A DNA stretch of 64,000 nucleotides from Candidatus Tectimicrobiota bacterium (lineage in GTDB: Bacteria; JACPUC01): NCBI GenBank assembly GCA_016192455.1, contig JACPUC010000019.1, positions 1 to 64,000 of the forward strand, in the 5' to 3' direction. Below, piece by piece: positions 32,569 through 42,522 of the stretch. The translations under genes were made by a program, and so were the position numbers. Within the stretch, counting starts at the first letter, position 1; each line of letters starts with the position of its first letter. The notes below the pieces were generated by a model, which saw nothing but the letters and a program-made list of their open reading frames with translations, was not told the origin of the DNA and ran no database searches.

Positions 32569-33936
32569 ATGGATGCCATTGCCGTGTTCGCCCAGCATAT
32601 CGCCGAGACGGACTACGACGACCTGCCCGCCGAGCTGCACGCCGTCGGCAAGCGTTTCGCGCTCGATACGCTGGGGGTGGCGCTGGCGGGGTCGAGCGCG
32701 CCGGGGTGCGAGACGGTGGCGGAGCTGGTGCGCGGCTGGGGGGGCGCGCCGGAGAGCACTCTTTTCCTGCACGGCGCCAAGGTGCCGGCGCACCACGCCC
32801 TGCTCGCCAACACCATGATGTCGCGGGCGCGCGACTTCTGCGACACCCACGACGACATCGGCCTGCACATCAACACCTCGGTGCTGCCGACGGCGCTGGC
32901 GGCGGCGGAGCAGCGCGGCGGCGCGAGCGGGCGGGAGGTCCTGGCGGCGGTAGCGCTGGCGGGCGATATGATGTGCCGCATGGGCCTGGCGGTGGGCACG
33001 GACCGCCCCATCCACTTCTCGGCGGCGACGATCTACGGCGCCTTCGGCTCCACGGCGGCGGCGGGGAAGGTGCTGCGGCTCGACGTCGAGCAGCTCATCC
33101 ACGCCTTCGGCATCATGCTCAGCCAGACGGCGGGCAACATCCAGTGCCTCATGGACGGGGCGCTGTCGCTGCGCATGCAGCAGGCGTTCGGGGCGCAGGC
33201 GGGGATGCTGTCGGCGCGCCTGGCGCAGCGCGGCATCACGGGCGCGCGGCGCGTCCTCGAGGGCGAGCACGGCTTCTACGCCCTCTACGAGGAGGGAAAC
33301 TACCGCCGCGAACGGCTGCTGGACGGCCTGGGCGAGCGCTACGAGGGCATGAACCTGAGCATGAAGCCCTACCCCTGCTGCCGCTGCAACCACGCCGGCA
33401 TCGAGGCCGTCCTGACCCTGGCGCGCCGGCACCGCATCAGCGCCGACCAGGTCGAGAAGGTGGTCGTCAGCCTGCCGCCCTTCGGCTACACCTCGGTGGG
33501 GCGCCCCTTCTTCGCCGGCGCCACCGTGGTCGACGCGCAGTTCAACATGCAGTACACCACGGCGACCGCGCTGCTGAAGGGGGACGTGTTCATCGACGAC
33601 TTCACGCCGGAGGCGGTGAAGGAGCCGCAGCGCCTGGAGCTGGCGCGGCGCGTGACGGTGCTGCGCAACGACGCCATCCGCGCCATGAAGGCCCTGGCGC
33701 CGGTGCGCGTGGAGATCACCACGAAGTCCGGCGCCACGCACGCCCACACCGTGCCGGCGGCCCTGGGGCATCCCAGCCACCCGATGACCGACACGGAGGT
33801 GCGCGAGAAGTTCCGCAAGTGCGCCGGGCACGCCGTCAAGACGCTGCCGGCGGAGCGCCTGGCGGCCCTCGTCAGCGCCTGCGAGCGGCTGGATGAGCTG
33901 GACGACGTGCGCGAACTGACGGCGCTGCTGGCGTGA
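32569..33936 (+). CDS. MmgE/PrpD family protein
   Basis: LDTLGVALAGS, DFCDTH, GITG...LEGEHGF, KPYPCCR..H, GHPSHPM. GGAGG RBS. Confidence 0.93.
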   Translation: MDAIAVFAQHIAETDYDDLPAELHAVGKRFALDTLGVALAGSSAPGCETVAELVRGWGGAPESTLFLHGAKVPAHHALLANTMMSRARDFCDTHDDIGLHINTSVLPTALAAAEQRGGASGREVLAAVALAGDMMCRMGLAVGTDRPIHFSAATIYGAFGSTAAAGKVLRLDVEQLIHAFGIMLSQTAGNIQCLMDGALSLRMQQAFGAQAGMLSARLAQRGITGARRVLEGEHGFYALYEEGNYRRERLLDGLGERYEGMNLSMKPYPCCRCNHAGIEAVLTLARRHRISADQVEKVVVSLPPFGYTSVGRPFFAGATVVDAQFNMQYTTATALLKGDVFIDDFTPEAVKEPQRLELARRVTVLRNDAIRAMKALAPVRVEITTKSGATHAHTVPAALGHPSHPMTDTEVREKFRKCAGHAVKTLPAERLAALVSACERLDELDDVRELTALLA

Positions 33937-34211
33937 GGCCTGCCTACCGGTAGGCAGGCGGGAGACGGCTGGCGGCGTGGGGATTCAGCCGCGGGGGTCG
34001 AGGCAAAGCAGTTGGATGAATTTTTTGTGGGGGACCCTCGCTCCCCCACGCCCCCATTTCGCCCGAGCTGCCGCGCAACTCGCGGGGGGCGGGTGCGAGC
34101 AAGGCTTACAGACGGAGACACGGCTCCTTCGCCGCAAACGCATTGGAGAGCCGAGACGACGGCGATGATCTCGTCAGCGAACGGATGAGGCATACGACAG
34201 GCGGGCGCGAC

Positions 34212-34967
34212 CTACCAGGAGCTGCGCGACATCCCTTCCTCGAAGGCTTGCATGACGATCTTCTCCATCTCGAAGAGATCGTCCGAGCCGTAGCGCCGCG
34301 GGAAGGGCGTGGGGATGGGGATTTCGTGGCAGATCACCGTGGGCTTGGGGGTGAAGATGATGATCTTCTGCGCCAGGTAGCAGGCCTCGGCGATATCGTG
34401 GGTGACGAAGAGGATGGTCTTGCGGGTCTCGGTCCAGAGGCGGATAAGCTCGGCCCGCATGTCGCGCGCGGTGATCTCGTCGAGGCTGCTGAACGGCTCG
34501 TCCATAAGCAGGATGTCCGGCTGGATGGAGAAGGCGCGGGCGATGGCGACGCGCTGCTGCATGCCGCCGGAAATCTGGTGCGGGTAGTAGTTCTTGAACT
34601 CCCGCAGCCCGACCATCGTCAGCACGGAGTCAATGATCTTCTGGCGCTGTTGGCGCTTCACCGAGGGGGCCATCACGAAGTCAATGTTATCCTTCACCAG
34701 GGCCCACGGGAGCAAGCGATGGTTCTGGAAGACGAATCCCAGCCGTGGTTTGCGACCCTCTTCCTCGATGATGAGCTCCCCTGAGTCGGCCTTCAACAAC
34801 CCGCCGATCAGGTTCAGGGTGACCGATTTCCCGGAACCGGAAGGCCCCAGCAGGCAGACGAAGCTCCCCGCCTCGACGCTGAAGGAGATATCCTTCAGCA
34901 CGTGGAGCTGCGTGCCGTCGCCGGTGTTGAAGCTCTTGGTGATGTTCTTCAGATGGATCGTGGCCAC
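34212..34967 (-). CDS. NitT/TauT ABC transporter ATP-binding protein
   Basis: GPSGSGKS, VFQ..LLPW, YPHQISGGMQQR, MDEPFSSLD, FVTHD. Confidence 0.95.
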   Translation of the reverse strand: MATIHLKNITKSFNTGDGTQLHVLKDISFSVEAGSFVCLLGPSGSGKSVTLNLIGGLLKADSGELIIEEEGRKPRLGFVFQNHRLLPWALVKDNIDFVMAPSVKRQQRQKIIDSVLTMVGLREFKNYYPHQISGGMQQRVAIARAFSIQPDILLMDEPFSSLDEITARDMRAELIRLWTETRKTILFVTHDIAEACYLAQKIIIFTPKPTVICHEIPIPTPFPRRYGSDDLFEMEKIVMQAFEEGMSRSSW

Positions 34968-35067
34968 GCCGCACTTCCACCTTCTCAGCAAGGGCCGTAC
35001 GAGAAGCAGGGAGCGTACCTAGGACGCCTTGACGCGCGCCGCCGAGCGCTGCCGGGATGCGCTGCGT

Positions 35068-35808
35068 TCATTTCGGCCGCCAGCGCATGAGGTAGGTCTC
35101 GACCGGTACGATGACGATGTACTCCGTGGCCAGCATCATGACGATCAACATCAGCGTCCAGGCGAAAACGCCGACGTTGTCGAAGTTCTCCCAGGAGTAG
35201 AGCATCTTGTAGCCGATGCCGCTGCCGCCGACAATGAGTTCGGCAAGGACGGACATGCGCCAGCCGTAGCTCAGCGAGCTGCGCGCCGAGCTGAGCAGGA
35301 ACGGCAGGATCGTGGGGATGAGGATGCCGAAGAAAACGCGCCGCCGCGACACGCTGTAGGCTTGCGCCATCTGCATGAGCGACAGGTCGGTGCTCTTCAG
35401 CCCCATCCAGACGTTGATCGCCGTGAGCGGGTAGCCGACGATGAAGACCACGAAGATCACGGAGAACTGCGTGAGGCCGAACCAGATGACGGCGAAAAAG
35501 CTCCACACCAGGGCGGGAATGGTTTGCAGGAAGAAGACCGGCACCTTGAAGAAGCTCTCACCGTAACGCAGCAGCACCCCGGTGATGGTGCCGAAGAAGA
35601 TGGCCGCAAGCCAGCCGGTGAAGACGCGGAAAGAGGTTGCCCCTACATCCCCCCAGAGCTCCCCCTTGTCAACGTATTCGAGGAGCTTCTTCATGGTGGT
35701 GGGAATAGAGGGGAAGAGGTAGACCGGGAAGATGAATGAGCACGCGGTCCAGACCACGACAACCGCCAGGACCGCCAGGAGCGTCCAGCCCGTGCTGCGC
35801 TTCTTCAT
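35068..35808 (-). CDS. NitT/TauT ABC transporter permease
   Basis: Six hydrophobic segments, QTIPAL, EAA-like loop, W...LAEL..GSGIG. Confidence 0.93.
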   Translation of the reverse strand: MKKRSTGWTLLAVLAVVVVWTACSFIFPVYLFPSIPTTMKKLLEYVDKGELWGDVGATSFRVFTGWLAAIFFGTITGVLLRYGESFFKVPVFFLQTIPALVWSFFAVIWFGLTQFSVIFVVFIVGYPLTAINVWMGLKSTDLSLMQMAQAYSVSRRRVFFGILIPTILPFLLSSARSSLSYGWRMSVLAELIVGGSGIGYKMLYSWENFDNVGVFAWTLMLIVMMLATEYIVIVPVETYLMRWRPK

Positions 35809-36123
35809 GGGCTCCTCCCTCGTACGGCTCCCTAGCCCACGGTGCGCGACGGTTCCCCACGCCGGCGTGGGGACCATCCGCGACCATGCTCCTCAGACGC
35901 GGTCATCGAGAATGAGCGGCGCGCTCAGCGAAGGAGCCGCGGCGCTTCGTTGAGAGACGAGGCCGCGGCTTCGTCCGTGCCCTTCAACCGCCGCGGGGTG
36001 GCGCGAGCGAGGCGCGCAGACTCGACACCTGGGCCGCGGCGCGCTCCTCATCTCACCTCGAGCCGGCAGCCTGGGCTCGGCGCCCCGGCATTGCCGGAGC
36101 GCCCGCCGGCGCGTGCGCCGCCG

Positions 36124-37107
36124 CTACGGCAGCGTCCAGATCTCCTTCGCGTTCGGCACTTCCTTGATAAACCCCAGGTCCTTCACGAGCTTGTAGAAGT
36201 CCTGGACCTGCTTCCACGCCTTTTCGTCGAGGCCGGTACGCATCCACGCGTCTCCGAAGTAGACGCGAATCTCCTTCATGGTCTTCATGTCGAGATCGAG
36301 CTTCTTCGCCCCGATGGCATCGACTTCATCGGGGTGGGAGTACGTCCGCGCGATGGCGACATCGAGGGCTTTCACGAAGCTCTTCAGAGCAGCGCGATTC
36401 TTCTCGTAGTAATCGCGGTGGAAGCCGATGCCGAACTGCGGGAAGAGGCCGCCGTACTTCTGCTCGTAGAGGTCCTGAGGCTTGGCGAGGATGCGATACT
36501 CTCCGGTGGCCAGGGCTTTCGCGAGCGAGGGATGCCAGATGATCGTGGAATCCAGCTTGTTGGTGCCGATGGCGCCGATGCTTGCCGCCGGGGCGCTCGA
36601 GCTTACCTTCAGCTCTTTTTCGAGATCAACGCCGGCGATCTGAAATGCCACGCGCGACAGGATGTACTCGGTGCCGCTGATCGATGGGGTTGAAAAGGTC
36701 CGCCCGCGGAGGTCTTGCAGCGTCTTGAAGGGTGCATCCTTCTTCACGATGATGCCGAACTGGCGGGGGTAAATCCAGGGGCGGATGAGGTTCACCGGCA
36801 CGCCACCCTCCATGAAGTTGTAGGCGGTGACGATGCCGATGTAAGAGCCGTCGGTGCGCTTTCCTTTGAAGGAGGTGTACATCTCCGTGGGGCGGGCGAA
36901 GACGGTGATCTTCAGATCGATCCCGTACTCTTTCTTCAGGTCTTGCTCTTGCAGCCAGAAGAGTGGCAAGGCCGTGACCGATTGGATGATCCCGAGGTGC
37001 ATTTTCGTTTGCGCCGCAACGTTGCTCGATCCAAGGAGCATGACGCCGAGGGCAAGCGCCAACACCTTCAACCCACGCCGACAAACACGACCGGAACGGC
37101 GCTCCAT
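36124..37107 (-). CDS. ABC substrate-binding protein (SsuA/NMT1-like)
   Basis: Signal peptide, KTLQDLRGRT, IIWHP; co-oriented upstream of permease and ATPase. Confidence 0.88.
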   Translation of the reverse strand: MERRSGRVCRRGLKVLALALGVMLLGSSNVAAQTKMHLGIIQSVTALPLFWLQEQDLKKEYGIDLKITVFARPTEMYTSFKGKRTDGSYIGIVTAYNFMEGGVPVNLIRPWIYPRQFGIIVKKDAPFKTLQDLRGRTFSTPSISGTEYILSRVAFQIAGVDLEKELKVSSSAPAASIGAIGTNKLDSTIIWHPSLAKALATGEYRILAKPQDLYEQKYGGLFPQFGIGFHRDYYEKNRAALKSFVKALDVAIARTYSHPDEVDAIGAKKLDLDMKTMKEIRVYFGDAWMRTGLDEKAWKQVQDFYKLVKDLGFIKEVPNAKEIWTLP

Positions 37108-37289
37108 GATACCTCCTCCTCAGGGGGACCCACCCGCGCGGTCATGCTTCGACGGCGAGGGTTCCCCGCCCGCACAACCACCTGGCGGTTCGGTTATCAC
37201 CATGCTTGAGAGGGAGAGCTCCCAGGCCCTCCTCCGGGGCTTTAACGTCTGTCGCCCCGGCTTCCTACCCGGGGGCATGGCAGCCGCAA

Positions 37290-38555
37290 CTACGCCGCCG
37301 CCGCCTTCGCCTCGCGCTCGCGGAGCTGCTCGTAGTACTCCCAGTCGCACATCACGTCGTTGATGTTGCAGCCGCGGCAGAAGCACGCCGGCACCGGCAG
37401 GTTATGCTTCTTGCGCAGCTCGTAGTGGCCGCGCGCCATCTTCAGGTAGTACTCGAAGGGAGCTGGGTGCGATTGCCCGGCCAGCTTCGAGTTCGCTTCG
37501 ATCACCCAGACGTCCATGCGCGGAATCACCCCATTCCCCATCAGGTAGTCGAAGCCGCCCAGGGTGGAGGCGACCGCCTCGTCCACGTCGGTGAAGCCGA
37601 AGGGACGCGCCATCTCGGAGCCGGCCACAAACGTGCTGACGATGCGGCCTTCGCCAAAGATTTCGGCGCTGCACACCATGCGCCGCACCCACTCGTGGTA
37701 GCCGATGGCCCGCGCCTTGCCGGGACACATGACGTTCCAGATGCGCTCGTCCCACACCTCGGTATTGTGGTGCAGGGTGCCGACGCCGGTGGCGAAGAGC
37801 TTGCGGGCCTCCTCCTCGCGGTGCGCCACGATCTGGAAGAAGGTGGGATACCACACCTTCAGGCGGCGGCGGATAGCCTCCAGGTAGGTGACATAGTGAT
37901 CAACCTCCTTCTGGCCCTGGAAGGTGGTCAGGATGGTGCCAGCGCTCAGGGCGATGTGACGGTAGCCAACTTCCTGCAGCGCCTGGGCCAAGACCTCCGC
38001 CACCAGCTCCGGGTCCTTGTGCACGTCGAGCTTCTCGCCGGACTTCTTCTGGAACACGGTGTGCGCCGTGAAGTCGCAGAAGAGGCACTCCTCGTTCTCT
38101 TTCCAGAACTCGCAGTACTTGTTGAAGGTGACGAAGAGCTTGTCCATGCCGACGGATTGCACGATGGAGGCCTTCGGCTTGCCGTTCTCCAGCTCTTCGT
38201 AGTAGTAGCGGGGGCGCTTGCGGAAGGTGATTTCCCCCAGCGGCTCCTCGCCGTCGTAGAGCATGAAGGAGCCGTCCCGCACGTCGATGACGTAGGGCGA
38301 GGTGTTGTTGCGGCGGAACTGGATGATGGTGTCGTCGCTCTTCAAGATGAAATCCTGCGGAATCTTCTCCCCGGCGGTGGCCGGCGTACTGACATCCTGG
38401 GAGAAGAGGAAGTAGCCCTTGAAGACGGTGTCGAGGCGGCTAAAGGCATCGATGGCGGCGGGCGTCGGGTTCACCCCCAGGCGCAGCGTTTCGATCTTGA
38501 TGATGATGCTCTCCGGAACTTCAGGATAGCGCTCGAACAACGCACGCATGCCCAT
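37290..38555 (-). CDS. Radical SAM protein, CX8CX2C motif (tandem copy A)
   Basis: YCEFWKENEECLFCDF, HHNTEVWD...CPGK, C-terminal CFCRGCNINDVMC. Confidence 0.82.
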   Translation of the reverse strand: MGMRALFERYPEVPESIIIKIETLRLGVNPTPAAIDAFSRLDTVFKGYFLFSQDVSTPATAGEKIPQDFILKSDDTIIQFRRNNTSPYVIDVRDGSFMLYDGEEPLGEITFRKRPRYYYEELENGKPKASIVQSVGMDKLFVTFNKYCEFWKENEECLFCDFTAHTVFQKKSGEKLDVHKDPELVAEVLAQALQEVGYRHIALSAGTILTTFQGQKEVDHYVTYLEAIRRRLKVWYPTFFQIVAHREEEARKLFATGVGTLHHNTEVWDERIWNVMCPGKARAIGYHEWVRRMVCSAEIFGEGRIVSTFVAGSEMARPFGFTDVDEAVASTLGGFDYLMGNGVIPRMDVWVIEANSKLAGQSHPAPFEYYLKMARGHYELRKKHNLPVPACFCRGCNINDVMCDWEYYEQLREREAKAAAA

Positions 38556-38658
38556 GCCGACCATCTCCCTGCTGGTGCAGCAACCCACCGCCCTGTTCGC
38601 CGCCACCGTTGGGCGACGCGGCGGCTCTCACCCGTCCTAGCCTTCCCTGCCCCGCCGA

Positions 38659-39921
38659 TCACGCCACGGCAGCCTTTGCCTCGCGCCCCCGGAGCTGCTC
38701 GTAGTACTCCCAATCGCACATCACGTCGTTGACGTTGCAGCCGCGGCAGTAACACGCCGGCACCGGCAGGTTATGTTTCCTGCGCAGCTCGTAGTAGCCG
38801 CGCGCCATCTTCAGGTAGTACTCGAAGGGGGTCGGCGGCTGCCCGGCCAGCCGCGTGTTCGCCTCGATCACCCAGACGTCCATGCGCGGGATGATGCCGT
38901 TCCCCATGAGATAGTCGAAGCCGCCCAGGGTCGAGGTGACTGCCTCGTCTACGTCGGTGAAGCCGAAGGGACGCGCCATCTCGGAGCCCGCCACAAACGT
39001 GCTGACGATGCGCCCCTCGCCGAAGATCTTGGCGCTGCGCACCATGCGCCGCACCCACTCCTGGTAGCCGATGGCGCGCGCCTTGCCGGGACACATAACG
39101 TTCCAGATGCGTTCGTCCCACACCTCGGTATTGTGGTGCAGGGTGCCGACGCCGGTGGCGAAGAGCTTGCGGGCCTCCTCCTCGCGGTGCGCCACGATCT
39201 GGAAGTAGCTGGGGTACCAGACCTTCAGACGGCGGCGGATGGCCTCGAGGTAGGTGACGTAGTGATCAACCTCCTGCTGCCCCTGGTAGGTGCTCAGGAT
39301 CGTGCCGGCGCTCAGGGCGATGTGCCGATACCCGGTCTCTTTCAGCGCCAGGGAGAGCACCTCGGCAACGAGCTCCGGGTCCTTGTGCACGTCGAGCTTC
39401 TCGCCGGACTTCTTCTGGAACACAGTGTGCGCCGTGAAGTCGCAGAACAGGCACTCCTCGTCCGCTTTCCAGAACTCGCAGTACTTGTTGAAGGTGACGA
39501 AGAGCTTGTCCACGCCGACGGACTGCACGATGGAGGCCATCGGCTTGCCGTTCTCCAGCTCTTCGTAGTAGTAGCGCGGGCGTTTGCGGAAGGTGATTTC
39601 TCCCAGCGGCTCTTGACCGTCGTAGAGCATGAAGGCGCCGTCGCGCACGTCGATGCTGTAGGGTGAGGCATGGTTGCGGCGCAACTGAATGACGGTGTCG
39701 TCGCTCTTCAAGATGAAATCCGAAGGAATCTTCTCGCCCGCGGTTGCCGGCGTGCTCACGTCCTGGGAGAAGAGAAAGTAGCCCTTGAAGACCGTGTCGA
39801 GGCGGCCAAAGGCGTCGACGGCTGCAGGCGTCGGGTTCACTCCCAGGCGCAGCGCCTCGATCTTGATGATGATGCTCTCCGGAACTTCAGGATAGCTCTC
39901 GATCAACGCGTGCATGCCCAT
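38659..39921 (-). CDS. Radical SAM protein, CX8CX2C motif (tandem copy B)
   Basis: YCEFWKADEECLFCDF; about 43 differences from copy A over about 420 aa by manual alignment. Confidence 0.82.
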   Translation of the reverse strand: MGMHALIESYPEVPESIIIKIEALRLGVNPTPAAVDAFGRLDTVFKGYFLFSQDVSTPATAGEKIPSDFILKSDDTVIQLRRNHASPYSIDVRDGAFMLYDGQEPLGEITFRKRPRYYYEELENGKPMASIVQSVGVDKLFVTFNKYCEFWKADEECLFCDFTAHTVFQKKSGEKLDVHKDPELVAEVLSLALKETGYRHIALSAGTILSTYQGQQEVDHYVTYLEAIRRRLKVWYPSYFQIVAHREEEARKLFATGVGTLHHNTEVWDERIWNVMCPGKARAIGYQEWVRRMVRSAKIFGEGRIVSTFVAGSEMARPFGFTDVDEAVTSTLGGFDYLMGNGIIPRMDVWVIEANTRLAGQPPTPFEYYLKMARGYYELRRKHNLPVPACYCRGCNVNDVMCDWEYYEQLRGREAKAAVA

Positions 39922-40355
39922 GCCGACCCTCTCTCTGGTTATGACGTCCACCCTCACGCCTCGAGGCTGGGGAAGGAGCAGACGGTCCGCTACACCGCAC
40001 CCCACCGCCGGAAACCCGGCGTTGATCTCTTCCTTCGGGTTCGACGAGAATCGAATGAGTTGACGTATCGTACCCTGATTGAAGCGAATGGCGCAAGGAG
40101 AAACCGTCCCAAGCAGCCCAGGGCTCGGCGCGCCACTCAGAGGATGAGTTACAAGAGCGAAGGTGCGGAAAACCGGTCCCGCACCCTGGTGAAAAGAGAC
40201 CTGAGTTCAGCACTCCAACCCCTGCCGCCGGAAGAGGTTCAGCGCCGCGGAGCGGACACACCGACGCCCCCAGCAAAACGCCGGGGAGAGACCAACCGCG
40301 CACCCCGGCGGCGGCACGCAGCGCTGCCCTCGCCCTGCACGCCGCCGCTGGCGCC

Positions 40356-40838
40356 TCAGCGCAACTTCCATTGAAAGCGGCGTTCCTTCACTCCGGCAAT
40401 GTCCCGCACGATCATCTCGATCAACTGCGTCTGCGGCCCGATGAGCATCTGCCCCTCAGCGGTCTTCGCCGGGAAGCGCAGCTCGCCGCGGCGATGATGC
40501 CCGCCGCCTGCCTCGTTGAACCAGCCGGCCGGCGGCACAGACTGACCGCCATCGTTGCGCAAGCTCGCCAGCTCTTCGAGGCGGTAGCCGTCGAGATCAA
40601 CGGAGTGGGTGCTGAGCTTGACCTGGAAATTCAGCGTTGCGGGCGGTTGCGGCAGCGTCGGGTTGAGGTAGGTGACGCTCATCTCGACCATGCCGGCGTC
40701 ATTGGTCCGTTCCCAGGTGGTCTCGGCGCCGGCGCGGGGCGCCAGCAATCCCAGGACCAACACGAAAAAGAGCAGGCTTGCCGCGACTCCACTTGCCCTT
40801 GAGCGGTACGAACGGCGTGCGCTATACACGGTTGGCAT
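40356..40838 (-). CDS. Exported hypothetical protein with His motifs
   Basis: GAGGAG RBS, signal peptide ending AGA, STHSVDLD and GGGHHRRG motifs. Confidence 0.75.
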   Translation of the reverse strand: MPTVYSARRSYRSRASGVAASLLFFVLVLGLLAPRAGAETTWERTNDAGMVEMSVTYLNPTLPQPPATLNFQVKLSTHSVDLDGYRLEELASLRNDGGQSVPPAGWFNEAGGGHHRRGELRFPAKTAEGQMLIGPQTQLIEMIVRDIAGVKERRFQWKLR

Positions 40839-40968
40839 CTCCTCGCGTCGGTGGGTGAAACTTCGGGACCGGTAGGAATCCGAGCCGGGCCTGCCGTCCT
40901 CCCTGTTCGCTTGCTGCCGCGGCGGCCTGCCGGCGGTCTTGCTGGACTGGGTGCACCCCTTCTCGCGT

Positions 40969-41985
40969 TCAGCGCAGGGCCCGCGGGGCGCCGCCGGAAT
41001 AGGCGAGTTGGTGGGGCTCCGCTCCCACCTCGAGTGCGGCGATGATCTCAAGAGACTGCGGGTCGATAATCAGCGTCTGACGCGTGCTGAGGCGGTTCAT
41101 GACAATGAAGTACCCCGCTGCCGTCCCCACCGTGAGGAGGTGGCCCGGCTCCTTGCCGATCTCCACGGTCTTCTCGACCTGGTTCGTCGCCGTGTTCAGG
41201 ATGGAGTACGTGGTTCCGCCGCGGTTCGTGACGTAGAGGCGCTTCCCATCGGGGGAGGCGGCGATGCCGTGCGGGCCCATCCCCGTCTTGACGCGGCCGA
41301 TCTGCCGGCGGGCCGCAAGGTCGATGATGCTCACGTCGCCGGAGAAATTATTCGTCACGTAGAGGCGCGTGCCGTCAAGCGACAGAGCCAAATGGTCCGG
41401 CGCTTCCCCCGTCGCCACCGTTCCCACCACCTCCTGTTTGCCGGTGTCAATGATCGCCACCCGATCAGCCTCGCGGTCGGTCACGTAGGCGAAGCGCGAA
41501 TCCGCCGAGAAGATGACCGAGTCCGGCGTTTTCATCCCCTTGATCTTGGCGACGAGGCTCTGCCGGGCGACATCGACCACGGCGACGAAGCCGGCCTTCT
41601 CCGTGGTGGCGTAGGCCCACGCGCCATCCGGAGAGATCGCCACATGGTGGGAGTGAGTCCCCAGCTCGATCTCCTTGACGATCTGCCCGCGTTGCGGGTC
41701 AGCGAGGATGAGTCGCGTCGATTGCGTGATCGACGGCACGACCAGGAGCTTCCCATCCGGGGTGGCTGCGAGCCCATGCGGCTGCGCTTCCACAGGAATG
41801 GAACGCAGAATCGCGCGCTTGGCAAAGTCGATGACCAGCACGCGCTTGGCAGGTCCCATGGCGAGGTAGAGCTCTCCCGCCACGGAAACGGCCAACGCCG
41901 GCGCCGCCCGCGCCAGGAGCCCCAGCAGGACCAAGGCGCACACGGCACTCAAACCACGAGCCGTCAGAGAGATCCTCACGCGCAT
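40969..41985 (-). CDS. Exported YVTN/YncE-type beta-propeller protein
   Basis: Signal peptide, seven repeats (PHGLAATPDGK, SPDGKRLYVTN etc.). GGAGG RBS. Confidence 0.9.
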   Translation of the reverse strand: MRVRISLTARGLSAVCALVLLGLLARAAPALAVSVAGELYLAMGPAKRVLVIDFAKRAILRSIPVEAQPHGLAATPDGKLLVVPSITQSTRLILADPQRGQIVKEIELGTHSHHVAISPDGAWAYATTEKAGFVAVVDVARQSLVAKIKGMKTPDSVIFSADSRFAYVTDREADRVAIIDTGKQEVVGTVATGEAPDHLALSLDGTRLYVTNNFSGDVSIIDLAARRQIGRVKTGMGPHGIAASPDGKRLYVTNRGGTTYSILNTATNQVEKTVEIGKEPGHLLTVGTAAGYFIVMNRLSTRQTLIIDPQSLEIIAALEVGAEPHQLAYSGGAPRALR

Positions 41986-42039
41986 CGTAACCCTCCTTGA
42001 TCCACATGCAGCAGCCGCAGCGCGCGCCGGCGGCTTCCC

Positions 42040-42522
42040 TCACCGGAGGGATGGCCCCGGCGGCGTCTCCGGCGCCACGTGGTTCTCTCGTTTGGCGCTC
42101 GCTCCGCCTGCGGCGAAGCTGCGCAGGTAGGCGATGAGGTCCTCGATCTGGTAGGGGCGCAGCGTCCTTCCCCAGGCCGGCATGAGGTAGGAGAGGCCGG
42201 CGCCTGGGCCGCCTTCGGTGATCACGCGCCGCAGGTCATCGGCGGACCTCGTCGCCATGTAGGCAGCATCGGTAAAGTCCCGCGGCGCCTTGGCCAGGAA
42301 CTCGGCGTTGCTCCCCCTGCCATCCCCACGCGGGCCGTGGCATGCGGCGCAGTAGTAAGCGTACAGCGCCTTGCCGCGCTGCAGCCGTTCCGTTCGTCGG
42401 GGCGGTGTGATGAGCGGCGCCGCCTGGCGAGGCTCCTCGGCTCCGAGCGCCGTCGCGGCCAGCACGGCCAGTGCGAGCAGGAGAGCCCCCGCCACCTTTC
42501 TTGCGCGGTCACTGCGCGTCAT
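42040..42522 (-). CDS. Monoheme c-type cytochrome
   Basis: Signal peptide, CAACHG, PRDFT, distal Met MPAW. Confidence 0.93.
   Translation of the reverse strand: MTRSDRARKVAGALLLALAVLAATALGAEEPRQAAPLITPPRRTERLQRGKALYAYYCAACHGPRGDGRGSNAEFLAKAPRDFTDAAYMATRSADDLRRVITEGGPGAGLSYLMPAWGRTLRPYQIEDLIAYLRSFAAGGASAKRENHVAPETPPGPSLR

Noticed and set aside
39922-40355. RiPP precursor or riboswitch upstream of the radical SAM pair
   Set aside because: No short ORF with a credible RBS or precursor pattern, no recognisable riboswitch consensus, and no RRE or SPASM signature in the enzymes.
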